A stretch of DNA of 64,000 bases from contig CAWHWX010000016.1 of the NCBI GenBank assembly GCA_963833125.1, positions 1 through 64,000 of the forward strand, read 5' to 3'. Source of the DNA: Candidatus Bathyarchaeota archaeon (GTDB lineage: Archaea; Thermoproteota; Bathyarchaeia; 40CM-2-53-6). Below the pieces are notes generated by a model. The model had not been told where the DNA came from. It ran no database searches and saw only the letters and a program-made list of their open reading frames with translations. The translations under genes and the position numbers were made by a program. Shown here piece after piece: positions 50,401-61,768 of this stretch (within the stretch, counting starts at the first letter, position 1; every line of letters starts with the position of its first letter).

Positions 50401-51244
50401 TCACCTGGGCTGAAGCATCTGTTGGATCTTCTGCTGCAGACCGGACGCATTGGTGGCGCCCATTTTCAACGTCGGCTCCGGCGTTGGCCAGGTCGATGGC
50501 GCGGACTCGCATCAAGTCTGCCATCGCTGCCTGCGTGTAGGCGTTGGCTCTCACAAGCCAAGCATCCGCTTGCGCCTCGATGATTGGGGCGCTGCCGGGC
50601 GCCGCGGTCTGAATGCTCTGGTTGATTTGGTTTGCAGCCTGGATTTCGAGATCGGCCAAGTTGTCGATCTCGATGGCGCGTTTCATGGCATCCTGCGCTA
50701 CCGCGTCGCTCATGTCGATGACGTTTCGCACATTCTGTGGCGCCGAAGTCTGGTCGGGAACCGGCCCATAGACGGTCGTGTAGTTCGAGCTTGTGTTGCC
50801 GATTTGGCCGGAATCGGCTGAGAGAAGGATGCTCTCAAGCTGCTGGGTGCTCGGCAGTGTGGCGCTCGCAACCGGGATATGGATAACGGTTTGGATTTGA
50901 GAAAAGACGCCCTGGAGGTTTCCAACGAGTGTCTGGGCCTGAGTGATTAATTGCTGCGGCCAGACGACCGTCTGCTCGAAGTTTCCGATCGTTTGGTCCA
51001 CTGACAGGATGGAATTGAGGCCGCCACCGACAACACTGGTTAGGGCGCTGGAGATCGAGGCAAGCCCCGCTTCGAGAATCAGACAGCATGGGTCGAGGAA
51101 GATGCCCTTCACCGGCCGCGGCATGAGCAGGATGAACACCACTGCCAGGGCCGTCGCTCTTAACATGTGCGACCGGACCCAGCCGGCGCCCAAGGATATT
51201 GAACGCCGCGACCACTTTCCGAACTTTTCGAGTCTGTCTTTCAT
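50401..51244 (-). CDS. VirB5/TrbJ-like protein, paralog 1 (frameshift ~50465)
   Basis: Signal peptide, Q/A-rich helices, VWP..LI, AAPGSAP; ends QMLQPR*. Confidence 0.6.
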
Positions 51245-51266
51245 GATGATATCTCCCTTCGAAGAA

Positions 51267-52139
51267 TTACCTGGGCTGAAGCATTTTCTGAATCGACCCA
51301 CTGAACGCGCTCACGTGCGCCGCTCCCCGTTTCCGCAGGGCATTCGAGTGTGCAAGGCGTGCCGCCTCTTGCCGCAGCTCGGCGGCAAGCATTTTCTGGG
51401 TTAAAGCCTGGCTCTGAATGCTCGCCGCGACGGCAGTCGCCGTAAGGAAAGGGGCAGAACCCGGCGCCGCCTGGCTTGATGTGTCTTCAATCTGGTCCGC
51501 GATGCCGAGCGTTGTCTGGCCGGCGTCGTCGGTCTCCTTGAGCGTCTTCAGATTGTCCTTGGCGAGGGCATCGTCCATGTCAGTCGTGGCCCGGTCTTCG
51601 GGACTTATGGCTGCCGAGCCTGGCAGCGGGCCGTAAACGTTGTCGTAATTCGTGCTCAAAGTCGTGAAGTCACCGACCTGCTGGTTCCGAATCACACTCT
51701 CGAGCGCCTGCGTCGCCGGCTGCAATGCGCTCGTCAGGTTGATGTTGAAGATGCCCTGCATCGGTACGCGGTATTGAGCGGTCATTTGAGTCACTTGACC
51801 CTGGGCTTGGTTGATAAGCTGGGTCGGCCAGGCCGTGGTCTGGTAAAAATCGCTAATGGCGGTGCGGACGCTGGTGATCCCACTGAGCCCCGAGTTGATG
51901 ACGCCGTTGATCGCATTGAGGACGGCCTCGATTGCCCCGATGATGCTGAAGGCAAATGCTCGCGATGGCTGGATCACCATCACCGCCGTCGTCGTCCCCA
52001 CAAGAGCCAGCGCGATGACCTGGCGTTTCGATTTGGCTCTCACAATGCACCATGAAAACAAGAGAAAAAAGATTGCTGTCATTTGCTGACCTCCGCACAA
52101 GATACTTATGAGCGTTTCTTCAATACATCGTTCAGTCAA
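51267..52139 (-). CDS. VirB5/TrbJ-like protein, paralog 2
   Basis: Shares AWP.QLI, VYGP, DMDDA, AAPGSAP and MLQPR* with paralog 1; start may be 52082. Confidence 0.6.
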   Translation of the reverse strand: MTERCIEETLISILCGGQQMTAIFFLLFSWCIVRAKSKRQVIALALVGTTTAVMVIQPSRAFAFSIIGAIEAVLNAINGVINSGLSGITSVRTAISDFYQTTAWPTQLINQAQGQVTQMTAQYRVPMQGIFNINLTSALQPATQALESVIRNQQVGDFTTLSTNYDNVYGPLPGSAAISPEDRATTDMDDALAKDNLKTLKETDDAGQTTLGIADQIEDTSSQAAPGSAPFLTATAVAASIQSQALTQKMLAAELRQEAARLAHSNALRKRGAAHVSAFSGSIQKMLQPR

Positions 52140-54790
52140 CCGTCACTGCCTCGCGGATCTCACCTACCGACTCCTCAGGCAGCGGCGGCACATCCGCCAG
52201 TCCCTGCGGGAACTTCTTTGCCAACTCCTGGTAGCACTCAAGGAGCGGGCGGCCTTCGTTTCGGCCCAACAACCACTTGCGATACCGCCTTTCTCGGGGA
52301 AATGTCGTCGAGATCCAGTAATCGAGAGCGGTTGGTACGAGCCGAATTGTCTGCGTCGTTTCCGCTTTTTCTCCCAGCACCATCAGCGCCTGCGCATACT
52401 GCCCCTTTCGCGGCGCGCTGAATTCCTTCACTTCGTTGACTGCGGCAGGATTCGAGTGAAAGGTGCTTGACCAGCGCAGTCGTGTCCCCAGGCTGTTGCC
52501 CGATGATTTTCGTGGTCGCGTTCTTGAGAATTCCAGGGCCGTGCTCGCGAGGCTTGCCTTCGGTCCCGACGAAATCTTCCGGTGTCTGGCTGATGCCCCA
52601 CACGCTTCCGTAACGCTTGCGCGCCGTGCGAAACAGTTGTACGACCTCCGGGGCCAGGCTCGGGGAATCAAGCAGCGCCCAGCATTCGTCGAGCACCGTG
52701 ATCGAAGGCTGGCCGGTCTTCCCCGAGGCGCGCTCGGCCACGGCATTTGCAATCACCATGCTCATCGCAGTCTCAAGCAAGGGGTCCGAACTCAAGCCTT
52801 CGACGTTGAAGAAGACCCAGCCGGCATCGAGGCGCATGGTTGTGGGCCGATCGAAGAGGTTCGCGTATACTCCCTTTTCACCCGTCCACAACCGGAGCTT
52901 GATCGAAGCGAGCTTCGCTTCATCGATCGTGCGCTCGATCCGCTCTTCGTCCCGCCAGTTCGCAAGCTCTTCTTTGAGGTCGTTGAACGTCGGAATGGGA
53001 TTCGAGAACCGGGCGCGGCACCGCTTGTAGGTACGCGCGATGGCGTCGCTCAGAAGGTTATCGAGGAGGGTGTCGTCCGACCGGCGATTTTGCCCAATCA
53101 TGTGAAGGGTCAGGTTTTTGAGAAAGGCGATTTTGTCCTTGGTAGGCTCTGAAACGCCCACCGGCAGGTCCCAGGGATTCAACGTTTCTGTCCCTTCAAG
53201 ATCCACAGCAATCGATCGTCCGCCCATCAGTTCGACCAGAGGCTCGTACGAGTCGCCTCTTTCGAGAATCGAAATGAAGGGATTGGCCCTGGCCAGCATC
53301 AACAGAAACATCTGGGCCATGAACGTCTTCCCGGCGCCGCTCTTGGCCATAATCAGCATGTTGGCGTCTCCGAGCGAAGGGTCGAAAGGCGAGAAAGGAA
53401 TCAACTGTCGCTGCGGGGTCTCGAAGAGCATCACGGGTGATTGCGGCGTGCCGCGCCAGGGAACTTCGACGGGCATAAGATCGGCGGCATGTAGCGTGAG
53501 TTGGGGCAGTTCACGCTTATTCTCACCGCCCATGGCTGGGAGGCTCGCGAAATACAACCGCTTCTGGGCCAACATTTCCGGGACCCCGCGCGCGCCGTTC
53601 ATCCGCCCGAGTGCGTGGAGAACGCGCTGGCGCCGATCGGCAAGCGTCCGCGCTGCCTCCTCGCGCTCGAAATCATTCCAGATCGGCTTTGAGGTTCGGA
53701 CGCCGATAATCATGCTAGCTTCACAGACCTTGAGCGAGCTCGAGATCACTTGTTTCAGGACGTCGATCAACTGCTCTTCGGCAACCTGGGCGTCAACGTT
53801 CATCCGGAAGCCGCCGTGCATGTCGCGCTGCGCCGCCATCATCTTCCGCAGGCGCGACTTGAACTGCTTCTGGACCTTGGCTTGGTCGGGCAGATTAACT
53901 TCTACGTTCGCGACCAGTGGGAAAGACAAGCTCAATAGCTCGCGCAACATCCCAGGAAACGTGGCGTCCGGAAGGTCCTTGACGCTCACGAACGAGTACA
54001 ACAAACCGCCGATCTTCAAGTAGTCGTCGGCTTCGTTCTCGAAGTTGACGTTGGCTGCCTGAGAACGAGCGCTCTCATAGTCGAGCATCAGCTCGGGCGG
54101 TCTGAAGGGAAGAGCGTCTTCGCGCAGTGGGTCGAGCGCCCGCTTGATTTCAAGGAACAACTCCTGATGCGTCATCCTGCGAACACCCATCCCGGTCGAA
54201 TGCAGCGTGGTCTCAAGGCCCGACATGAGGCTGGTGAACTCGGCCCGGAGATCCTCATGCTCCCTCCGAGTCCGCTCGATGCACTTGGTTGCCGATGGGC
54301 TCCAACCGCCTCGCCGGCTCGATTTCATCTTCCGCTTCCACTCGAAGTCGGGCGACTGGTGGTGGATTCGCGGGTTCCAGATGAAGTAGGCATGAAGCAG
54401 GTGGCGGAGATAGCGGCCGGCGGCATCGTACGCTCGCCAGGCCGTGACACGCTCTTGATCGATCGTCTGCAGGATAGAGTTGGGGTTTCGCTGCTCACGG
54501 TTGTAGCGGCCAAGCAAGCCGCCCACGCCTTCCGCGATTTCGAATCGAATCTGCATCCGCATCGACCGCTCCGGAAGCGATCGCAGCAAGGCTTCGAGCG
54601 CCTGCTTGTTGCGGTTGCGTTCGTCGTCGCTCGCGTAGAGCGATGCGAGGCCGCTCAACTCGTAGCCCGCGACGAGGGATCCATCAACCTGGATGGCAAC
54701 GTCGTCCAGCAGGTCGCGGATTCTCAGTTGCTCGCACAGCGAAGCGGCGGTAAGAGAGCGCTCGTAATCTTCCAAAGTAATGGGCATCAC
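52132..54790 (-). CDS. virB4: VirB4-family ATPase (frameshift ~52455)
   Basis: AKSGAGKT, LNPWD, VLDECW, RTARK..G..ISQ. Confidence 0.9.
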
Positions 54791-55125
54791 CTGTCTCCGT
54801 AATTGAGATAAGGTTTAGTCAGTTGGTTATCGGGTTCCAGCGCTGAATAGAGATGAGGCTTGGTGTGGAACTCGACCCAATCGAGCAAGTACCCGCGTTG
54901 CTTGCCGTATTTGAAGAGCATTAAGGCCGGGACGCTGAGCAATGGCACGAGGTATTGAATGACCATGTTCATGGGGAGCCCGAACATTTCCCGGTGAAGG
55001 AAGCGTCCCAAAATATTAGCGACAATCGCCACAGCGAGAATCGCGAACAGGTCCTCGGCCTCAAGACCCAGAAAAGTGACTCGCGTCCGTAAGTTTCTGT
55101 GTACCGCAGTGACTTCGAGCGCCAT
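54787..55125 (-). CDS. VirB3/PrgI-like membrane protein
   Basis: Two TM segments, FLGLEAEDL; overlaps the VirB4 start. Confidence 0.7.
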   Translation of the reverse strand: MALEVTAVHRNLRTRVTFLGLEAEDLFAILAVAIVANILGRFLHREMFGLPMNMVIQYLVPLLSVPALMLFKYGKQRGYLLDWVEFHTKPHLYSALEPDNQLTKPYLNYGDR

Positions 55126-55163
55126 AGATAACTCCGTTTCTCAAACTCGTTTCTGCCGGGTCC

Positions 55164-55616
55164 TCACGCGACTCCTTGGGTTCCTTGGGCAACAAAGAAC
55201 TCGGCCAGGCGCAGAAGCCCCGAAAGAAGCAGGCTCAGACCTGCCGCGAGGAAGTGCCGCTGCCAACCACTGGTGTGGTGAATGCGCATGCCCGAGACCA
55301 ATGACAGTCCACCCGCGGCTACTTCAAGCGCCGCGTAGAGCGGCATGATGACGTTGCACGTCCAGTCAACGAGCGTCACGATGGACATCCAATAGACGTC
55401 GGGATCGTTCCAGCTCTTCTGTGAAGCGAAAGTCTCAAGCGCCCGCAGCAACCCCGAACCCAGCAGACACAGAAGGCCCGCATACATCGGCTGGGAGTAG
55501 GCGAGGCCGCGGGAGAAGCGAACAACGGCGAGGGCGAAAAGAAGCCCGGCCAGCGTAGGCAGGATGACGTTACCGGTCCAGTTCGTCAGGTTCAAAATGC
55601 CGTTGTAGAAAGACAT
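55164..55616 (-). CDS. Membrane protein with two pilin-like (VirB2-like) units (150 aa)
   Basis: NWTGNVILP / DWTCNVIMP and GLLR repeated, similar to the 56404 pilin. Confidence 0.55.
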   Translation of the reverse strand: MSFYNGILNLTNWTGNVILPTLAGLLFALAVVRFSRGLAYSQPMYAGLLCLLGSGLLRALETFASQKSWNDPDVYWMSIVTLVDWTCNVIMPLYAALEVAAGGLSLVSGMRIHHTSGWQRHFLAAGLSLLLSGLLRLAEFFVAQGTQGVA

Positions 55617-55629
55617 GGTTCGCCTCTCC

Positions 55630-56295
55630 CTATTGCGCCATGGCTTCGACGAGATACCACAGGCCCGAAACACAAAGCATGGCGAGCGACACGCCAACCA
55701 GCCGCATCGCCGGCTTGCCGGCGGCGAATCGGATGATTGCTCCGAAGATTCCGAGACCAGCTGCGATGGGCATGATGACGCTCGCGAGATAAGTCCAAAG
55801 GCTGTCGAGCACGTCGACGGTCGCGTACTGGGTCCCGGTGTTGTACTGCTGGATCAGCGTGTAAGTCGTCTGTGCACCCAGCAGGAACAGGGCCGCAAAC
55901 ACAGAGGGCAGGGGATTGCCGCCTTCCGCTGTGTCCAGGATCGACCGCAAAACCATGAACGCGGCCAGAACCGGCACCATGCGCCCCATGACGAAGCTTT
56001 GGACGAAGCTCGAAACGTCACTCTCGAAGCTCGCCAGCCACCAGGAGGTGATGCTCCCTCCGAGCGGCGGCATGGTCACTCCAAAGCTGCTAAACCAAGT
56101 GAGCAGCCCAGGCAGAGTTAGGAACATCACGGCCCAGAACATCCACTTCGTGAATCCACCCCCGATGACGAAACTCACTCCGCCTGTCTCGCGCCGCAGG
56201 CTGATACCGGCGAGGACCAGCGAGACGAGCGCGGCTGAAGGGGCGAGCTGTAACAGCAGGTTCGCAATGTCTGTCAGCAGGTGAGGTGTCTGCAT
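55630..56295 (-). CDS. Polytopic membrane protein with pilin-like units (221 aa)
   Basis: About six TM segments; YLASVIMPIAAG...VSGLW resembles the adjacent pilin-like genes. Confidence 0.55.
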   Translation of the reverse strand: MQTPHLLTDIANLLLQLAPSAALVSLVLAGISLRRETGGVSFVIGGGFTKWMFWAVMFLTLPGLLTWFSSFGVTMPPLGGSITSWWLASFESDVSSFVQSFVMGRMVPVLAAFMVLRSILDTAEGGNPLPSVFAALFLLGAQTTYTLIQQYNTGTQYATVDVLDSLWTYLASVIMPIAAGLGIFGAIIRFAAGKPAMRLVGVSLAMLCVSGLWYLVEAMAQ

Positions 56296-56403
56296 ACTCT
56301 CTTTCCTTGCATAAGCTCGGTTGTGGGCAGGCAGCTTGGACCGTGCGCCAGCGTCGGTCCGGAGCTGCCCGCCCGGGTTGATGTGACGGGACTCTCGCTC
56401 CTT

Positions 56404-56770
56404 CTAAGGAACTCCTCCTGTGCCGTTCGCGATCCAGAATTCGATCAGTCGCGTCACGCCCGACACAAGAAGCAGCGCTGCGGCCGCAAAGAGCCAGCGG
56501 CCGAACCCTCGTCCGGTCAGCCAGGAGACGATGGCGCCGACTACTGCGCCACCGGCTCCGACCGGCGCGATCACGTTGCCGATCCAGTTGATGAAATTCA
56601 GAAACGTCCCTTCCGGCTGCGCTCCGGTTTCACCCTGGACGGCAACGTTGGTCTGCGGGGCCGCGCCGAGGTTCTGCGCTTGAACGTAGGTGCCAAACAG
56701 CATCAACGCGATTCCCGCCACTGCCAGGGGCCGCTTCCAGCCGTCGGCCCTCTGAGCCTCTGTAGGTCAT
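56404..56770 (-). CDS. VirB2/TrbC-like pilin (probable frameshift ~56725)
   Basis: Signal peptide plus two TM segments (NWIGNVIAPVGAG...VSGVTRLIEF); AAGGAGG RBS before ATG 56770. Confidence 0.62.
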
Positions 56771-56823
56771 GGATCCCTCCTTTCTGGCTGGGCCGCGAAT
56801 CGAGTCTTCGGCCCAACCGCGAT

Positions 56824-56858
56824 TGTTGTGCAATGAGATATTTTTTCTGTCAAACGGC
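56824..56858 (-). promoter_or_regulatory. Promoter with shared GCCGTTTGACAG motif upstream of the pilin gene
   Basis: 16-bp identity with the primase promoter; weak -10. Confidence 0.5.
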
Positions 56859-56986
56859 TCGCACGGAGAGTGAAGGTAGACGCATGGGGCGCGAGACTCA
56901 TAAAGGGTTGTCGATCTTCCCGGCCTCGCAACCCGACTGAGGCCGCGACGTTCTTGGCACAGAAAAGGAAATACGAGCGCCGCAAC

Positions 56987-57094
56987 GAGTCCCGGAATCC
57001 CCGAGGGAGGTTCCCTTTCGGGGCACTGTTCGTGCCCCTTAAGGGAACCTTTTTGAGGTGGGAATGAATCAGGGGATGTTCTATGGCGGGACTC
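56987..57094. other. ~110-nt long stem-loop after VirB10
   Basis: Nested stems GAGTCCCG/CGGGACTC, ATCCCC/GGGGAT, AGGTTCCCTT/AAGGGAACCT, GGGGCAC/GTGCCCC. Confidence 0.7.
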
Positions 57095-57102
57095 AATGTT
57101 GT

Positions 57103-58637
57103 TCAACCTACTGTTGCTGCTGGTTGTCGCTCGAAGCAGGTTTTTCCGTGGGTTCTTCGTTGAGAGAGCTGGCTCAACTCCTGCCTCAACTGCAATAGTT
57201 GTCTAAGCTCTTCGAAGCTGGGCGCGTCTTGTCCATCGCCCATTGCGCGCGAAGCGTCATTTCCATGGCCGGAGGATCGAGCTTTCCCGGCGGAATCGGT
57301 GGTCTTTTGAAGAACGACGTAAAATCGAGTATTGCCGGGAACCGTCACCACAATGTCTTGATTGAACGCAACCTGATTTAATTCGTTCTGTCCGGCAATT
57401 CCTACGTTGTCAGCCATTCGCTCTCTTAACAGCACGCTACCCGAGATCGGGCCGTTGATGTTATTTGCCCCTACCAAATAAGCCGCCGCGGTGCCCAACC
57501 CGGTCAGCGTCTGCACGAGAAATCGTGTGCCTCTTTTCTTGCCTGCAACGAGACCTTTGAGCGGCTCGAAGTCCAGACCCATCGACGTACCGTCAATCTT
57601 TTCCGTGGTTCCGTCCGGTAACTCAATCGTGTCGAAATGCAGCGAGACGAACCCGGAGGAGTTGGCTTGCAGCAGCCTTCCCAGAACCTTTGAGCCCGCC
57701 GGAATCACAATCTCGCCATCGCGTTCGTAGTTGTACTCAATCGCCGCCACAACTGGGGCCGAAACCGCCGTGCTGGCCGCCGACTCGAGTCGTGCAACCA
57801 AACAGTACCCGGCGGCAGAAGTGAATCGAGCAAAGTGGCTTCGGCGAGTGATTTGTCGGCGCGGAAACTCTCGCCATTTGCATGTGAAACGGCGGAAGCC
57901 AGACTGGAGCTTGCTTCAGTGTTTCTCACGAAAACGAGCGACGGCTTCTTGAGGTCATTCTCAGAAGCGAGTGTGATTGGTAAACCATGCGAGGCTGCCG
58001 GGAGGCTCTGGTTTCCGCCGAATCCGGCCTTCGCGTACTCCTTCTGCAAGTCCGGGTCGGAAAAGTCGATTTGGCCGAGCTCGTAGTTTTGGCCCAAGCG
58101 ATTCTTTGTCTTCGGATCGGCATGCGCGACTGTTGCGGGTGGAATCAAAGTGCTGGTGGTCGTGTTTGGCTTCGCAACTGCACTTTGAACGCCCGCGTGC
58201 GAAGTTCGGTTGATGTCATCTGGGGTTACCTGATCGCCTGTCGAGTGATTCTCTTCACGGGTGTCAGCACTCAGTAACGGCGTCGTCGAACCTGCTTCCC
58301 GCTGTTCTTGTCCCGGTGTGACCCTCCGGCCGAGGTCAGGCTTCCCCTTGCTCGAAGCATCTCGTCGCTTTGGTCTCTGGGGTGAGGAGAATAAAGCCAG
58401 GAAAACCAGCAGGCCAAGGACAGCCGCGGCCACCAGAATGAAGAACGACTTTGACTTGTCCTTGCCAAGCTCCGTGCGGGTTGTTGAGGATGGGCGCTTG
58501 GCAGCTTGAAAGGGCAGCTTGAGCGCCTTGAGCATTCGTTCGAGGGGAGTCTGCGGAGTTTCCGGCTCTTCGTCCTCGAGCAGGTGCAACTGCTCACTCG
58601 GAGTTGCGGCCTTACCTTCCTGTGTTCGATCGATCAT
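57103..58637 (-). CDS. VirB10/TrbI-like protein (frameshift ~57803)
   Basis: TM segment, P/S/T-rich linker, LLPPGT..ARL, PVVA, IPAGSKVLG, F..IELPDG, VTVPGNTRFYV. Confidence 0.82.
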
Positions 58638-59673
58638 GATTTTCCTCCTCAGAGACGTTGATCCCAAAGCCGATGGGAGCGAGAGCCGGCCGGTTAATCG
58701 CGCCGGCTTCCGCAACCTGCAAAAACAACGTTTCACTGGATTGCTTGTAGGGTGGGCGCTCGAAAAGCACCACGCCGTCAGCTCGTTCTCCCGGAGCAAG
58801 GCGCCGCTTGCTCAGCCGGTAGTCCATCACCGGCAATTGCTCGGCAGTCGTCCACTTTGAATGCTTAATGAATTTCCCTTGCTTCGTCTTGCCTCCCAAC
58901 TGGACCTGCGGCGGCATCATCAGGATGTCCCGATCCTGCGGGTTGACGACTGAAAACAACACGATCACTTCCTGCCCGCCGTCAATGACTTGACCGACCC
59001 CGGCGCGAATTCTCTCAGCTCCCGACGATTCGCTCTTCGGAACGCTCGCCATATAGTTCCGGCAGCGTGGCAGACTCTTGGAAGCGAAGAAGTTCGTCGA
59101 GGGTCTTTCGCCGAACTGACACGGGGGTCGCTGGTGTCGCCGGGGAAACAGTGAGAGACACGTGGCTTGGCGAAGCTGACGGCGAATCTGGTGGAGAATT
59201 ACGGTCAGCCCCGGCCGGAACTTCGGACGGCGACAGTGGAACCGTTTGTGAGACCGCAAGCGTCGAACCTGCCGGCTCGATGACAAAACTTTTTTCCGGC
59301 CGATAATTGACCAGGAAATCTACACTTGTGCCCGGTTGCTCCCCCGGGCTTCGCACGAGGACGCTCAATTGATGCCCCTTGGTCGTCGAAATCAGCAGAT
59401 TAGTCTGGGCGGCCTTGGTCGTAAGGACTTTCACGAACACCAGTTGCGGCTCGCGGTCGGAGTGCTCCACCTGGAAAAGCGCTGGGTCTCCAACAACCAC
59501 CGAGCTTACCGGCTCGGGAACCCTGATGGCCGTAACAAAGTGCGCCGCTACCTCGGCCACGGTCACCTGATCAGTGAAGCCGGAAAGGGTCGCAATCCGA
59601 GGCTGGAGCTGAGTCGTTTGACCATGGGCACAGGCAATACAGGCGACGAGCGCCGCAGCACAAAATATTCTGG

Positions 59674-59677
<4 letters not shown>
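58612..59677 (-). CDS. Second VirB9/TraK-like secretion protein (frameshift ~59040)
   Basis: Signal peptide, FVTAIRVPEPVSSVVVGDP, TNLLIST; C-terminal domain in the 58612 frame. Confidence 0.65.
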
Positions 59678-61119
<1,442 letters not shown>

Positions 61120-61292
61120 CTAACTTGGCATTTTTTCTTCCGCATCATGCTGAAATGCGGAAATCGGGCTACGGAAGGCGGCGGCAGTCGGGATGAGAAG
61201 CATCATTTGTTGTGAAGCAATGACTGGAATAGACTGGCAAAGCAGAGGCTTACAGAGGAACGCAGGAGTCGCGCCGCTTCTGGAACACTTTT

Positions 61293-61500
61293 TGTGCCAA
61301 AGATTTTTTGCTGGTCGAATTATTTCACAAGGAGAAGCGGCTCGCGGCGGGAGTCAATTTGGCAGGTCTAGTCAGGCAAATCTTGTGCCAAATAAATTTT
61401 GCTGGTCGAGAAATTTCTCAAGATTTGGTGACGGCGGTCCATGGTCTTCCCCGCGTCTTATCGTTAGCAATCCATGTGCCAAAGAAAATTTGCTGGTCGA
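61293..61500 (-). repeat. Three 26-bp direct repeats at exact 91-bp period overlapping sigma54 -24/-12 boxes
   Basis: TGTGCCAAA.A...TTTGCTGGTCGA at 61293, 61384, 61475. Minus strand reads TGGCAC-AAGAT-TTGC and TGGCAC-ATGGA-TTGCT for copies 2 and 3. Confidence 0.85.
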
Positions 61501-61768
61501 TTTGCTTCAATTCCTCTTGACTAGGATCAAGACGTTGGTCGGACCCTGGCCTAAGCAAAGGATTGAGATAAAGGGTATTACGCTAACGGAGTCGCCGACG
61601 ACATTAGCGGCACTCTTGCTAAACAGCGGCGCGTGTGCGCGAGCGCCTCTCGGGCGCCTCGTCTACCTTGCGTTGAAGAAGCTTCAGCGCAATAATTCTT
61701 TCCGGCAGGCCTGGATTACTTTTCAGCGAACAATGGCTCTCGGTCCATGCAAGAGGAAGAATTTCGCC

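Noticed and set aside
33648-54023. Long antisense ORFs (e.g. 33648-34592, 45338-46156, 46659-47447, 53118-54023)
   Set aside because: Shadows of GC-rich genes on the opposite strand, with no motifs or RBS.
61293-61500. CRISPR mini-array
   Set aside because: Only three imperfect, non-palindromic repeats with 65-bp spacers and no cas genes; the sigma54-box or binding-site reading fits better.
61193-61768. N-terminal 192 aa of the 698-aa ORF
   Set aside because: Runs through the AT-rich repeat/promoter region; protein-like sequence begins at ATG 61769 after AGAGGA.
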